A program made the translations under genes and the position numbers. Shown in pieces: positions 13,301 to 28,300 of a stretch of 64,000 bases of DNA. Source of the stretch: Callorhinchus milii (taxonomy: Eukaryota); contig NW_024704743.1 in NCBI RefSeq assembly GCF_018977255.1, positions 76,014,001-76,078,000 of the forward strand, in the 5' to 3' direction. The notes beneath the pieces were generated by a model. That model did no database searches. It had not been told where the DNA came from and saw nothing but the letters and a program-made list of their open reading frames with translations. The number at the start of each line of letters is the position of its first letter. Position 1 is the stretch's first letter.

Positions 13301-16300
13301 GATGTGGGGAAGGAGCTGGAGAGTGTGTTGGTAAAAGGGTTGACTTGAAAACCCGAGATTGGGAATGGATCAGACAAAGGGACAAATTACCTTCTGTGTT
13401 GAAAATTTCTGGGTTTCTCTGTAAATATTAAATCTAATTACAGGTTATCCTGTTGTATGCAATGGCTTCAGTCTATAAAATTAGACCTTGTATTATGACC
13501 AGCCTGTGTATGTATGAGGCGTGCACTTCGGGTCATGAACTCTTTGCCGATGTTGGTTCTAGCATGGACTGGCAGGCTTACTGTGCACGAGCATGCAGGA
13601 AACCAGCTCAGTCATCCATTCCCATGAGCATTTCCAGGGCTGGAAATTCCCGTGAGAGTGGTCATATCTAATCTATTCCAAACATTTTATTTGGAGAATG
13701 AAGGTCCTATCTGGTAGGCAATACTTTCTTATCCCTGTTTATTTGGTTTCCTTTTCCCATTCCCTTCAAATCACCTCTGCCAGATAGTATCCCATATTTG
13801 TCTGAATTTGGGGAATTGCTGTGTGCAGAGTACAATTGATTTATCACTCCATGATCCAATGTTTTGATACTTTAATGCATTAAATTGCTAAACAGATAGT
13901 GTATTGTTTCGTATGTGGGATTATTGATGTCAAATAAACATCTGATACTAAACACATACTTCTGTAAAAGGCACATTTTAAACAAACTTTGACTGCTCTA
14001 TCCTTTATCTTTCCCCTCCTCACCCCCTTCAGCTCTCACCCCTAACTTGGGATCCAGCACTGTGAATGCGTTTTAGGTTGTCCTCCCGATGTGAAGGCAT
14101 ACATAAATGTATATTGTATTAAAACTGAAATCTGAATTTTAGGCACTCAAGGTTCGACAGGCAGATGTCACAAGAGAAACTGTTCAGAAGAGTGTTTGTG
14201 TCCTCAGTAGTTTGGTAAGAATGTTCTTTTCCCAAATATTTTTAAAACTACTTTTACTGTATATGGGTGAAAACTTGATGATTTGAAATACTCAGGTGCT
14301 ATTTTATTTAACGTCTCTAAGCATGTTTCCCATTTCATGTGCTTTCTCCAAGATGGTAATTTGTGAACATTTTAGGTTGCTTTTTTTCATCCAGTGGTAG
14401 TCATTTGCCACATGTTCATGTTGGTACAAGCCTTTTTTCCCTCTGAGCTGTGGTGAGGATGGTTCCTCAGGCCTTTGGCATAGCTGCACTGAGCTGCCAT
14501 TAAGGGGTACCAAACAGCTACTTGATGGAAAAACGTCTTCCAGTTCTTCCCTCCTTTTCTTCTGGGGAAGTATCTGGTCTTCATTGCAACCTCTCTAATC
14601 TTTGTGGGAGCTTTCCACAATAACATGTAACTTGAGATCAGAACCTCAGTGCTATCGCTAATTGAGTACAAACCTATGTCCCACTTTCTATTTTTGAAAA
14701 TTTTAGCCAACTTTGTACTGTTTATTGTAATGTCGGAATTGATTACATTTGTTTTCTAGAAGCTGAGAATCTTGCTTGTCAATCACTAACTTAAAGAGCA
14801 TTTTACAGAAGTTACCTCATGTTTATATTAAACATAAAACAAAGTTTCATACAATTTCAGGGACTTTTTGTTTTTCATTGTTAGTGTCAACGTGCACGAT
14901 ATACAAAAAGGTTGAAAAGTTTTATATCTTGTATACTGATGTGTAATGCATCTTACCACCTCTTTCCATTTTTACTAAAGATGATTTCTCGTTATCTATA
15001 TAACATAACTGTAACTGTTATAACATAACAGTTCACTGTACTTTAAATGACAGATGGGTAGATGCAAGATTGTAATGCTAAGCAATAGTCCAGTTTGTTG
15101 TTATCTCTCACTTTCAATATGATTTTGAGTCCAAATTAAACTTAATGGCTCAACTGCAAGGCTCTTCAAGACGCTAGCCTGGGTAAAGAGCATTATATGA
15201 ATGTAAGTTATTCTTAAATAAAAATGTATTATAGTACAGTCTATTGATTAATGCAGTGACTGAGAAGGTATTACTTGTGCTCAATCAGTTTATACAAATA
15301 ACTGTTAATTCTCTTAAACATTAAAGTTTTGTGTTTTGCTTTTGTTAGCCGCTCTATGGATTACTTCAAGCAAAATTGCAACTTATCACGCATGCTTACT
15401 TTGAAGAGAAAGATTTCTCACAAATTTCTATTCTGAAGGTGAGATTTTCTTATTTTTAATCTCCATAACAAACCCCTTTGACTTGTTTTCTACAGTTTTC
15501 AGTACTCTTCATTCATATCCTTCACAAACCACTAGCGTGAACCAGGTTACTAATACGAATAATCTTGAAAACAGTATGCTTTTAAGAAGCTTTGAGCATC
15601 TGTGATGTCAGGGTGTCCAATTACTGTGTCTCTCTTCTAAACAATATTAAAGGTATGTATGCCCCTCTCAGGTGTCATGTGATATTTTCCCCCTTTTCAG
15701 CTTCCCACATTGGTGGGAAGTCTTAGCATTTGAGTCTGTTATAATTTGTTTTTAATTCTCTTTAGGTTTTCTTTATTGTCTTAAAGAAACAAGATGGGTC
15801 CAGGCTTTAAGCATTGGTTATTAATGTTATGGACATCTCATCAAATTAGATTTTCACTCTCCTGTTTTGCCACTGTAAAGTATTTGTTTGAAAGTAATTC
15901 TGCCGCAGCTCTCTGAAGCTCCATTCCGGAGAACCTCTGCCTCGCCCTTCCATCTTCAAAACCCACCTTAAGACCTTGATATCCTGATGTGAAAGGTGCT
16001 ATACAAATTACAAACAGATTCAGTTAAGGCTTTCTTTTGAGCTTAGTCTTAAATATTCTGTCTGATACTAACGTATGATCTTCTAGAGGGCAGACTATTC
16101 TACCTTTCTGGTTCATACTTCGAAGGCCTAATCTGTGTTGATTGTATTCAGCAAAGATCTAGAAAATTACTTCTCATACAAGCATTCTTTCTCTTTGATG
16201 TTTAAAAACCTGAGTAAAATGATACTACAGCTGTGCTTCGTTTTGGTCTTAATAGCATATGAACACAAAATATTCTTTGTAGAATAGTGTTTGCTTTATT

Positions 16301-19300
16301 TTTCAAGTGGTAACTCTCCTACATAAGCTGAATCAGACCAACCAGCCCATTAAATGTTTTCAGTCTGATTGCAGTTATTGAAAAATGACATAACTCAATT
16401 TCATCTAAAAATAGCTACTATGCTTTACAAAAACTTGTGAGAAGTTTTGATGTGATGAGAGCTACGTCAAATACAATGATCGTATTTATTGCCGTGTTTC
16501 GTCAATAAAATATACAGCCAATTCATTTTACAGTATATTCTGTGAAGCGCTTTTTGAGACATCTTGACGACCTGATTAGGTGCTATATCAATGCAAGGAT
16601 TATTATTAAACCTCACCAGTGCTCCAAATTTCTGAGGTACATTTGTAAATCTTATTCCTTTCTCCCCTGCCCCCATGTAACCTGAGTTTATCCTACACCA
16701 TGGGAGGTGCTTTCCTTTAGAAAGATTTTTTTTTGATCATCAGTTGGAGTAACATCTGGCTCTTGAAGAATGAAGGTTAACTGTTAGGCAGTAACGAGAT
16801 CTTGAAAGATTTTTCTTTATTGGCTTATTAATAATGAATGCCATTCATTTGTAAATAAATGAAACTGTTTAATAATAATTTATTTTAGTTTTTTTGATAC
16901 ACCCAGTTAAACATGCAATTTTCTAACTTGCAAGGCAGTTTGTATTGACAATATATTAAAATCAAGCTTTATTACTCTTATCAGAGCACGTAATACAGTT
17001 ATTTAAAAAAAACCTATATTGCTTATTCACCTGTTCTAACAGACTCAAAATGTTTTTCCAATATTGAACTAGGAACTTTATGACCACATGAATGGCTCTT
17101 TAGGAGGAAATGCATTGGAAGGATCCCAGGCTTGCTTGGGTAAGTGGATTAAAATCACATTACATATAACTTCCCTTGACGCAAGAAACAAGTTTACAAA
17201 TGTAATTTAGCAATAAATGTTATTTAATGTTAGGAAATCAGTATTCTTCAGAAGGTGCATGGGCCTCTTCCTACACTTTTCATTTAGATGGTTTCAGGAT
17301 AGTTATATTATTGAGAGATGGAATTCAATTGTGTGTTTATCTACTATCTTGTACCTCAGAAGAAGAATATAGATTCTGCTGAAATGATGCTTGTTTTTTT
17401 AAACCAGAACTAGCAAAATGCAACTCAGTTAACATGCATGGCACCATCCACATCAAGTCTTCAAAGGATTATGTTTTTGACCTGGACTTATCCAGGTGGT
17501 ATATGGGAGATGCTCCCATGTCAGCTGATATTTTTAAGGTTAAGGTTATTTTTAAACTATTGATCACCCTGAACCTATAAATGATGTTTGATCTCAGCAA
17601 CAATCATTCCAAGTGTCCCTAGGATGATTTCTAAAAAAAATTCAAATTGTGGATGTTGGATGAGATTTTATTATTTTTGAAAAAAAGGACTAGCAATGGT
17701 TCTGTCTGCAGTTTGTAGAGGTTTTCAAGATTTGGAAAAAAANTCTGAACAATGCCCGCGCATGTGGAAGTGTGCTTCCCAATGTACATTACTAATCATG
17801 TTGGGATAGGGCTTTAGATTACTTACAGTAAATTGCTGTGCACAGATCACATTTTTAAGCATGTTTTTAATCCATTAAATTGGTGTGGGACATACAAGCT
17901 GAAAGCTCTTTTGCCACCTGACAAAGTTACAGGTAGCAATACTTTGTGCTACTCTACACTGATTTTGCTGTAACTGTACCTGATCAGTCAATTGGGATTG
18001 TTGATCAGCATTAGGTTGTCCAATTTGGGAGAGCATGTTCTAACAATCTTACATGAAATTTGGCATTTACCATCACTTACAATACAATTGGAAATTTACT
18101 ACCACTGATTGTGTGACTATATTTCATTCATCATATGAAAGTAGAGAGAGCAGTAGGAGGTTATCATGTATGTTGTCTTTATTGGAAAAACTGAATTCAA
18201 GCACCACAAAATTTACATCTATCATCGCCTCTTTTACATTAGGAGAATATCTCAAAGTGCTTTACAAAGACTGAGTGGGAGCTCAAGCTGAATGGGGTGG
18301 GCGGACATAAGTAGCCGAAAGCATAGTCCAAGAGTAAGATCTTCAGGCGGGATTTGAAAGCTGAGAGGAAAGGGGCGAGGCAAACGGTTTTCAAGAGATT
18401 TCCAGATGGTGTGGGCAAAGTTCAAAAGACTTGTTTGCCAGGTGTGGGGGATGGAGTGTGTGTGTGTGTGTTGGGGGGGGGGGGGGGGGGAGGTGAGGCA
18501 TAAAGTAGGCCAGCGTTGTCAAAGCATCATATAAATTTGATTTTTTTGAAAATTCATTAGGTCTGTCTCCACGAGACCTAATTCTTCATTTAAGACACAA
18601 GGTACAGTAACTGGTTTCCATTATTTGTTGAACTGGATTTATTTTGCTTTTTAGTTAAGAGTATTCTGACCGTAGAATTTCATGATATGATGTGAGAAAC
18701 GGACATTAAGGTGCTTATCTTACACATCGTAAGACAACATATAAAAGGGAAAAAAAACTTGATTAAAGGAAATAAAACTTGAAATGGTCTTATTTGTATA
18801 TCTTCGCCGAAACTGTGTTTCAGTCCACCTGCTCAGCAAGATGTCCGATATATGTGGACACCCATCATAGTGCATAAAGAGTATCCAAACCAAAGTTCCC
18901 TTTATGTATTCCACCTACATGTGGAAATTTCCCTATGTGTGGAATGGAATGCACTCTTCATGGAGGGAGACACCCTGCTTACCTAATCCCAGAGAGTATT
19001 TGGCATAGTTTGGCAAAATCTGAGATTTAGGGACCTAGAGTGGTGCGTTGGGGTACCACTGAAATTTAACCAATTAAAGTTGCACAGCTTGCCATTGAAA
19101 GCATTGCCTGGCTGGCTTTCAGCCGTTTGTCCACCGATGGTCACACTACCAGCTAAAGCTTTGGCTTTGGTTGAGTATTCTGACATTCTGTTGCCAAATG
19201 CCTCAAAAGCAGTTCATCTCCAAGAAATCCTTGCCTACCTCCCCCTCCCCTCCCCACTCTCCCACCGGAGGATGCTTGGGTCCACTGAACTATACAGTTG

Positions 19301-22300
19301 ACTATCATATAAACCGAACAATACCAGTGGACATTTGTAAATTATGATTGGCTCTAAATCACCACAAAAATGATGATGTTTTGGCTATGAATTAAGTGGT
19401 TTTGTACAGTGATGTATTATCATACTACCTCTTTCTCCACCCCTTTCCCACTCACACAGGCATGACATATTTCATTCAGTCTCTATCTTACCTGTTCTGT
19501 CCAGTAAACTTCAAAAGTTATTTTTAATATTTCTTTATTTCCATTGTCAAAATGTTCTACGTCATAAAATCCAAACAGCTACCTCAAAAAAGATGTGTGC
19601 ACAGCTATATGTAATGCCTTGAAAGCACTCCAAGACGCAGCTCGGCGTGAATGGCACTATATAAATGCAGGTTGTCGTTCTAATAATAAACACATTGCTT
19701 GGCTTTAAGATCTCTCGAAGGCATTCATTATAGAGCACTTCTGTTTTTTTAAAAAAAACTTAAATGTAAAGTTATTTAGACAATTATACTGTAAGGTATG
19801 TTAACAAAGTGCTTTGTTTGCTTCTTTTTCCAGACAGTAATTCTATTTAAGTTGATTCTCTTGGAGAAAAAGGTAAGAAAGGGGCTCAGTGACTACAAAG
19901 AGCTTCATAGTCAACACTTTATAATTATATGTTCAAATTAATTGTGCAAATGGTCATATTAGTGGCTTTGGTCAGGGTTCTCATATTCAGGAGAGTGGGC
20001 TGCTTGAAATGAGTTGGATGATTGGAATGGATTGAGTTTGTCTGCCATGTGTGTTGCTGAGCAGTTTGTTGACAGTATCGTAGCTCATAGTAAATCCTTG
20101 TCTTTGGGTGAATTACCCCATGGTGCTCAGTCTTGGGATTGTACCCCAGTAGAAGGTAAGATGGAGTTGGTATATATTCAGAAAGGGAAAGTGAGTGGAG
20201 AGAAATGGCAAGAAAAGGAAACCATTTCTGCATTTAATTCTGTATATATTGCCTTCTGTACACAATAGGTTTTATGAAATGGTTAAATCTTCCTCTAACT
20301 GGTATGGAGAATTTAACAAATATTTTGTTCTATTTACTCTTCCGGAGGAATCTGAAACATGTTCAATAGAAATGCAGAAGGAACACGCCTCACCCTTGTT
20401 GTTGAATGGATATAAATTCAGAATGAGTCATTCACAGAGATTCTATCTGAATGAAAACAGTGTTGTGTAAATGCCAGAGGAAAACTTTCTGACTGGTTCA
20501 GAATTGCATTGCTTCATAAAGGCCTCGTCCACTTCCAGTTTTAATGGATTTGACAAAGTCCAAGGCATCCAGTGAACATGATGTGATTGACTTCAGTTTG
20601 CTGATGAGGCAATGGGTCTAATTTTTCAGCTGATTCAATGGGAAACTGGGCCGGTTTCACTAGAAATTTTTAAAATAAAGCAGAAATACATCATGTTACA
20701 TTCGTTGGATATTAGACCTTAATACTTGAATGATGCAGTGAGGATTTAAAGTAGTTACTGATGATTCAAGCTGCATTTCCGAGGCCCTCTCACTGACATA
20801 AACTTGTATTTGGAACTTAACAAAAACGGAAACTTCATAGCTTTAATCTATTTCTGCTATAACTGATGTAATTTTCATTGCAAATTTTAATTTGCAAAGC
20901 TGTGTGGAAGTTTTGTGGATTCATAAGAATTTTAGCTGAAGGAGTAGCAGAGAAAATTTTTTTTTTTGTCCCCCAAGATTTAGTGTTGTTCCAAAAACTG
21001 TTCGTAATCAGAATTGTTTGAAATAATAATAATAATAATAATCCTTGCATTTGATATAGCACTTTTCACGTCTTCTAGCCGTCTCAAAGCGCTTCACAGA
21101 ATATGCTGTAAAGTGAATTGACTGTATATTTGTGGGCGAAACGCGGCAGCCAATTGCGCACAGTAGTGTCCCACAAACAGTCGTGGATTGAAAATGACCA
21201 ATTTATTATTGTTTTTGTTTTGGAGGGATTATTATTAGGTGTGTAAATCAACCATTTGGAACTGTAGGAAGCTTGTCCAAGGTCTCTTCCTTGGAGTTTC
21301 CTTCCCTCCAGAGAGAAATGACTTCACTCAGTTTGGCTTTCTTGTGATTGAATTACTGACCTTGTGGAGAATGAAGGATTCAAACTTATATTCTACTATT
21401 CTGTTAGACAGAGCATTTCAAACTCTTAATATGCTGCACCATGGTGTTTCCTCAGCTCTGCACAACATATTTTATGAGTGTAGGAAATGTTTTACGTAAG
21501 CTTATATTATCTCATTTAGCATTATGGTTTTACCTTACAAACTGCTGAGAGTTTACCATTATGAGTTTAGGGTATCTAAAGGCTTTCTTAAGTGTTGAAG
21601 GGAATAATTTACGCATGCTTTGAGTTTGATTTTTGAGGTAGAAAAACAGCTTGTTTACTGTATTTGTGGTTTAAAAAGTTGCCGAAGCCACTTGACAGCT
21701 ATGTGATGGTGTGATGTATTGGTTTCAAATAGTGATTCTCCTGAAAAGTTAATATTGAGTTTTACTTTGCTGATTCTGCAGCACAGTGTAAATGGAGAAA
21801 GCTTTTCTGATGCTTAGTTTCCTAAAACGTAAAATTCAGCTTAATTTACCTAAACATTGATTCAGTCCTACTTCTTAAATGCTTCTCTTAATTAATTTCT
21901 CTCGAGTGTCATATTAAAGTATCTTTCTTTTCAGCTTCTGTTTTATGTGGCGCCAGTAAATCGACTCGTTGGAACATTGATGACAGTTCTATCACTCTTT
22001 CCAGGTGAGCATTTCGGGAAGAATTAAAATTATTGTATTAATGATTTATCTTTCTAAACACTTATTTTGAATTGTATGAATTCATTTTTGATGCAATGAA
22101 TTGAACTTCTTTTTTTAATAAAATACATTGATCAATAAGAAATGACAACAGGAAATCTTAAATTGGGTGGCACAATTTACCTTCATCACCCCCCTACGTC
22201 TATTCCACGCATTCATCACTTTGTGTGAACTAAATACTAAAACAATCTGTATAAATTCTAGGGAAAATTTCTAGTCCTTTAAGCAGTTTTAGCGTTCACT

Positions 22301-25300
22301 GGCTACCTATGATCTTTAGTCACTGCTTTAAATAGACATAAGAACTAACATTGAATACAATACAGATTTACAGTGCCACTTTGACTTGGCAGCCACCAGA
22401 TGTAAATGCAGTGAAAAACACAAAACTGAAAATAACTTGTGAACGATAGGAGATACCCAAAAACAAATATGCCAATTTTACTCCCAGGTACTAGACCTTT
22501 CCAATGAGTTGTAACTTGTGTCTCTACGTCAGTCGGTTATTGAGATCCTTCTTGAAATGCAGAAAGACATTGTTTTATTAGTATATATAATATATATGCA
22601 TATATTATATATATATATACACACATATATGAAGAAGATAGACGAGTTTGTGGAGGACTTCTCTCAATGAACGAGGAAGAAAATACCTATTACTCATTCT
22701 TTCAAGATACTTCCTCATTCTTTGAAAAAGCTCCCCAAACCAAGTTTCGTTCCTTTTTTTCCTTTGACTTTGACCTCTGACTTTGTCCACTAAATTCTAT
22801 TTGTGTCAACTTTTTTTAAAAAAAATTAGTGTGAACAATTATTCTAATTTTTCATATGTCATTCAAATGTGCCACGGAAGCAAGTGTGTGGAAAGAAAGC
22901 TGTCTGGACATGAATGGGGCTCACATCCTATTTGCTTTGTAAACAAACTATGCTGTAATGAAGCACATTACAATGGGGCTACATTGCAACAGTTTCAAGC
23001 AGGAATAATAATCGTATTTGACATAGCACCTTATTATGTCTTTGCAACATATATAGTGGAGTGACTGTGCATTTGTGGGTGAATACTGCAACCAATTTGC
23101 TCAAGGCAATGTCCCACAAGCAACCATGGAGAGAGTGACTAATTTTATTTGGGGGATTTGTTGGCCAGGGCACTGGGATAAACACCCTTTTCAAATAGTG
23201 CCATGGGATCTTTTACATCCACCTGGGAAGGAACTCGTTTCAACATCTCATTGGATGGATGGAACCTCCAGCAATGCATTGGAGTGTCATCTTTAGACTC
23301 CCTTATATAGGTTCTGGCCCCTGACATGGGACCTGAACCCACAATCTTGAAATCTTTTCTAGTTTCTTGTTCCACTGTTTGAACTGTTGTACAGCAATAT
23401 TTCAATTTGTTTAAAGTTTAAGAGTTTAAAGTTTGTTTTGAACCTCCATATATAAGAGACAAGATCCCCAAATCGTCGCTCTACTCCAGTTTGACCTCCG
23501 TATTGCATTAAAATGTTCTATTTCTGCTTTTTATCACTTGTCATAATTTTGAATTGACATGAGGAAGAACATTGTATCACAAAACTCTTTTTATGGCTCT
23601 TTTTAATGTAGTTTTACATTTTTTAAAAGATGTGCGATATATTTCTAAAACAATACTGCTAAACAAAGAGACAGTGTCGAATTATTCAAATGTTTTGTTG
23701 ATAATATTCCTTTGTGCCGATTCAACTGTGTTCAGAGAATGGGGAAGGCCATGCAATCTGTTTTTGTTTCTAGTAATTTTTTTTTATTTTAGGAATGGTA
23801 GAACATGGTTTGGCAGATTCATCTCAATACAAGCCAAGAAAGAGCACCTCAGAAGATATTAATCTTCAGGAACTTAGTATGAATACTGAAGAATATGTTT
23901 CTATTTCTGAGGCAGACATTTTAAACCCTAGTCCAGAATTCAATGATGGAGCTCAAGATGGAAAAGATCAGCAGATTAAAGTTACAGCTAAGGTTGTGAA
24001 ATTTTCAGATCTTCAGAAATCTGACCAAACAGACAGGCCACAGCAGCATCTGCAACCTCCGCAACATGCTTCTCCAAACTCTTCAGAGAGTGACTGGGAA
24101 ACCTTGGACCCGAGCATTCTAGATACTGACAATGGACTAAAGGAAGAAGGATTGGATCAAATAGAGAATTCAGATCAAAAAGAAGTTTTTTCAGCAGAGT
24201 CCGGTTCTATTCCAGTCACAGTACAACCACAGGCTAACACGGGACAGACAGTAATAGTCCCAGGATTAATTTCTGGTCTTGAGGAGGACCAATATGGAAT
24301 GCCTTTGGCTATCTTCACTAAGGTAATGTTTTTGGAAAATGTTTTCAAAATTTGCCGTAAGCCTTTAATTTTAATCTTGGTACAGAGAGCAAGCATATAA
24401 AGTACATACAAGCATAGAAAGTCTTAAACACGTTGAAGAATATGAATGCGAGTATTGTCGATGCCAGATACAGTATGAAATTGTCTGAAGCAATGAGGAG
24501 GCTTGCGGAATTTATTTTAAAATTTAAAAATTTTATGTTTGAGGAATATTCATCAAATGTCAAGTGAGATGGCTAGGTGCTATGATGTGTTTTGTACAGG
24601 AGCATGGTGATGTGGTTTTGAAATTCTCTACAAGGCTGTTTCATGATTTCAATATACCACCAAGCAGTGGCGGTCATTGAGCACTGAGTCTTTCCTACAG
24701 TGAGATGTGTGAGCCCACCAAGCTGCTATTACACACCTCCTAGCAAATGAGAAGTGTGAGAGCAGATCAACTGTGCACACTTTTTACCTAGGAATATATT
24801 TTGGCAAGCTGCTTCCTAACTCTAGTGAGGGCGAAAATGTCATAGAACCATTAAATGTCCTTGACATCTTTCCTAAAGTAGGGTGGCCAAAACCAGGCTG
24901 GAATTGGAGTTCTAATTATTTACAAGTTTTCAAATCTGTTGCCTTCATTGCTCAGCAAGAATTTATTTGAGGATACGCACTTTGAGCAAATGCCAAACAT
25001 GTTTTACATATCTGGTGCTAGTCTCAACTTCCTATACTATTAACAAATGACATTATTCTCTTTCTGCTTCTCATAAATACTGGTATCGCAGAAATAAAAG
25101 CACTAAAGGAAGCCATTCAACCGATCAAACCTATGCTGGGTGCTAGCTCCTGCAAATGAAATGTAAACTCTGGATTTTGACACTAAATTCCAAAAATCCC
25201 AGTTTTCTGTTCCCAAGAAAAATGTCTTGCTTAAATTTGAACACAACAACAACAAAAAAATGCATCCATATAGCACCTTTCACATTGTGAGAATGTCCCA

Positions 25301-28300
25301 TGGTGCTGGATGTACATAAATATACACACACATGCGCACACACATTGATGCGTAGATATCTTTTTTCTTTTCCTGCTGAACCCAGAGTTTTAATATGGCC
25401 TGCTTTTCAGATTCTTATGTATCCTTATAGTAGACGAGGATATTTTCAAGTTACTTTGGACTCTGATATAAAAGGGGTGGATTAGACACATGGAAGCACA
25501 GGGGAAGGGTGAAGTGGGTGCAAACATGGGATACCTGTAGATTTTATGAATTTATGACCTAAAAACTAGGTTGGGGGAAAAAACTATCCAGTAACATTAA
25601 GAACAATTATCGTATGATTTATCATTTGTGCTATTTCCCTTGGGGTGACGAATCATCAGAGTTTCACTGTATTTGTCTAGTTCCTCTTAAAGCCCACTAT
25701 GCATTCTGCCTCAACCACCATTCCTTGTAGGGCATTCTGTATCCTAATTACTCTGCATGAAAAAAAATCTCCTAATTACTGTGACTTTTGTTGGGTCTCT
25801 GGTTCATAATTAATAATCTGAGCTACCTGAGAAGTTACATACTATAGATAAACATTCCTCTTTGTCTATCAATACAAATTTATATAGCTGAAGGTCACTG
25901 TTGGTGGGGGAAAAAGTGAACATTTTGGATTACTTAAGGGACAAATGTCTAATCATACAATTGATCACTCACCTACAATTGATTAATCACTCCATGGCTG
26001 TTTGTGCGACATTGCTGTGTTCACCCACAAAATACACACACAGCTGCACCACTTTACAGTAGATCCTGTGAAGTTCTTTGAGACATCTTGACATGATAAG
26101 TATTGTCAAATACAAATATTATTACAAAACACGGTCATTATACTTCACAGTATCTACTGTGAAGCGCTTTGAGACATCTTCCCGAGGTTCAAGACACTAT
26201 ATGAAATGTAAGGATTATTATGACACTAATTCCATTTTCTGATTATGGTCATCTCTGGGCGTTGTTAGATTTTCCTATTACAAGAGGTTGTGAGGTAAGG
26301 ATATATGGCACAGAAATAAAGTGGACTAAATATGAAATCTGACATTGGCATTTTCAGAGCATTTATAAAGTTTAACGCTTCAATGTTTTTCAGTCATTTG
26401 AAAATTTTAAATGCTAAAGAACAATCCATTACTCCACTAATTCAAAAGCATCTTTATTTTTTCTCTCCAGGGTTACCTTTGTTTACCATATATGGCTTTA
26501 CAGCAGCACCACCTTCTTTCTGATGTCACTGTACGTGGATATGTTGCTGGAGCAACGAATATACTTTTTCGACAACAGAAGCATTTGAGCGATGCAATTA
26601 TTGATGTAAGTGCATGGCTTGTTGAAATATATTTATAAAAAATCTAATAACTATAATTTGGTTCAATGCTCCAAACACTGTCTTCTCCAAACAGATTTCC
26701 CATTAGTGTACCGTTTCGCGTAAATTTTAATGACCTCACGGCACTATTTAAAAAGAGAGTGAGTTTCTACTGGTTTCCAACAAAATGTGTCATTCATTTA
26801 TAGATGTTTGTAGAGTGGAAAATTGTTGTATGCAAAATTGACTGCTGGATTCCCCTACAAATACAGTCAGTATGCTTTACAGTGAATTATGTGAGGCGCT
26901 ATGAGATGCGCACCCCAATATCAAAGATGCTGTCAAATGCAAGGATTATTATTAATAACCTTTTTTGAAAAAAAAGTAATACTATTATCATCATTGCCAA
27001 TAATTTTAAAGCTTATTTGGGAGAAATTTCAGGGTCATCGACTTTGGCAGCAAAGATACAAATTATTTTAATTTACCTGTCTTAGAGCAAGCTTTGTTGC
27101 TTTTTGTACTATGAACTCTTGTGCCAATTACACTTTAATTTTAAATTGATTGCAATGGTACTCAAGATAAAAGTTTAATCTGAATATTTAAGTTCATAAA
27201 TTTTGACTGGAGAAAGTGTCTTGAATTTTAGAATTTCAGTCTAGGCCTGTTCAACTTAATCGTATTTAATATTAGAGGCCTTGTTTAAAACTACCAGCAT
27301 TTATAATGTTGTCAGACAAGTCCAGGGAAGATGTAACTCCAAATATTGTTTTATATCTTCTATTAAGTCATATGTATCTTTCTTTTAACCATTTAAACTC
27401 CCAACAGGTTTGAAATCCTATCTGATTCATCAGGTTTTGCATGTTCTGCATGTTGCATGTGCACCGATGCTGAATAATAATAATAGTAATCCTTGCATTT
27501 GATATAGCGCTTTTCACGTCTTCTAGATGTTTAGAATAAGACTAATATTACAGACGTAACGCCACTCAAATTCAGGAACTGCTTTATTACTTTAGTATTA
27601 ACCCTAACTTATAAATAAATTGTACGAATAGTAAGGAAAAATTCATATAGCTTGCATGAGTCGTAACTAGTAGCTAGCTGGACCAAGCCTTAACCTGGGA
27701 ATACACATTGTGATTCTCTGAAGTACTATGATGTTTATTCCCTGGTTCTGCCCTTGAAATGATAATTCTTTGGGTATTTTAACTCTGAACATTCATGAAA
27801 TCTCCAAGGGAATAGAATTGGAAAGATAACTTCATTTGACTTGTGTTTTCCCAGGTTGAGGAAGCTCGGATACAGTTTCAGGATCCTGAACTACGCAAGC
27901 TGTTGAACCTCACTACGGCAGATTTGCGCTTTGCAGATTACTTGGTGAAGCATGTGACTGAAAACCGAGATGATGTATTTCTTGATGGGACAGGCTGGGA
28001 AGGAGGAGATGAATGGATCAGGGCCCAGTTTACATTCTATGTGCATTCCCTTCTTGCTACTACTTTACAGCCAGGTGAGAAGTCAATTCTGTATACACTG
28101 AATAGACTGTTGTTCACAAATAGAGCAGAGATGGCATCGGAAAAGATTGCACCTCCATGGCTACAAAATGTATCTATCCATTTAGTGTCTTCCCCCTATC
28201 CTTTCCCCAAACCCTTTTATATTCTTAAAATATTTGTCCAATGCCTTGTTGAAAAAATATTAATTCTGTTCAATCACCATTTTTGGTAGGCCAGTCCATG

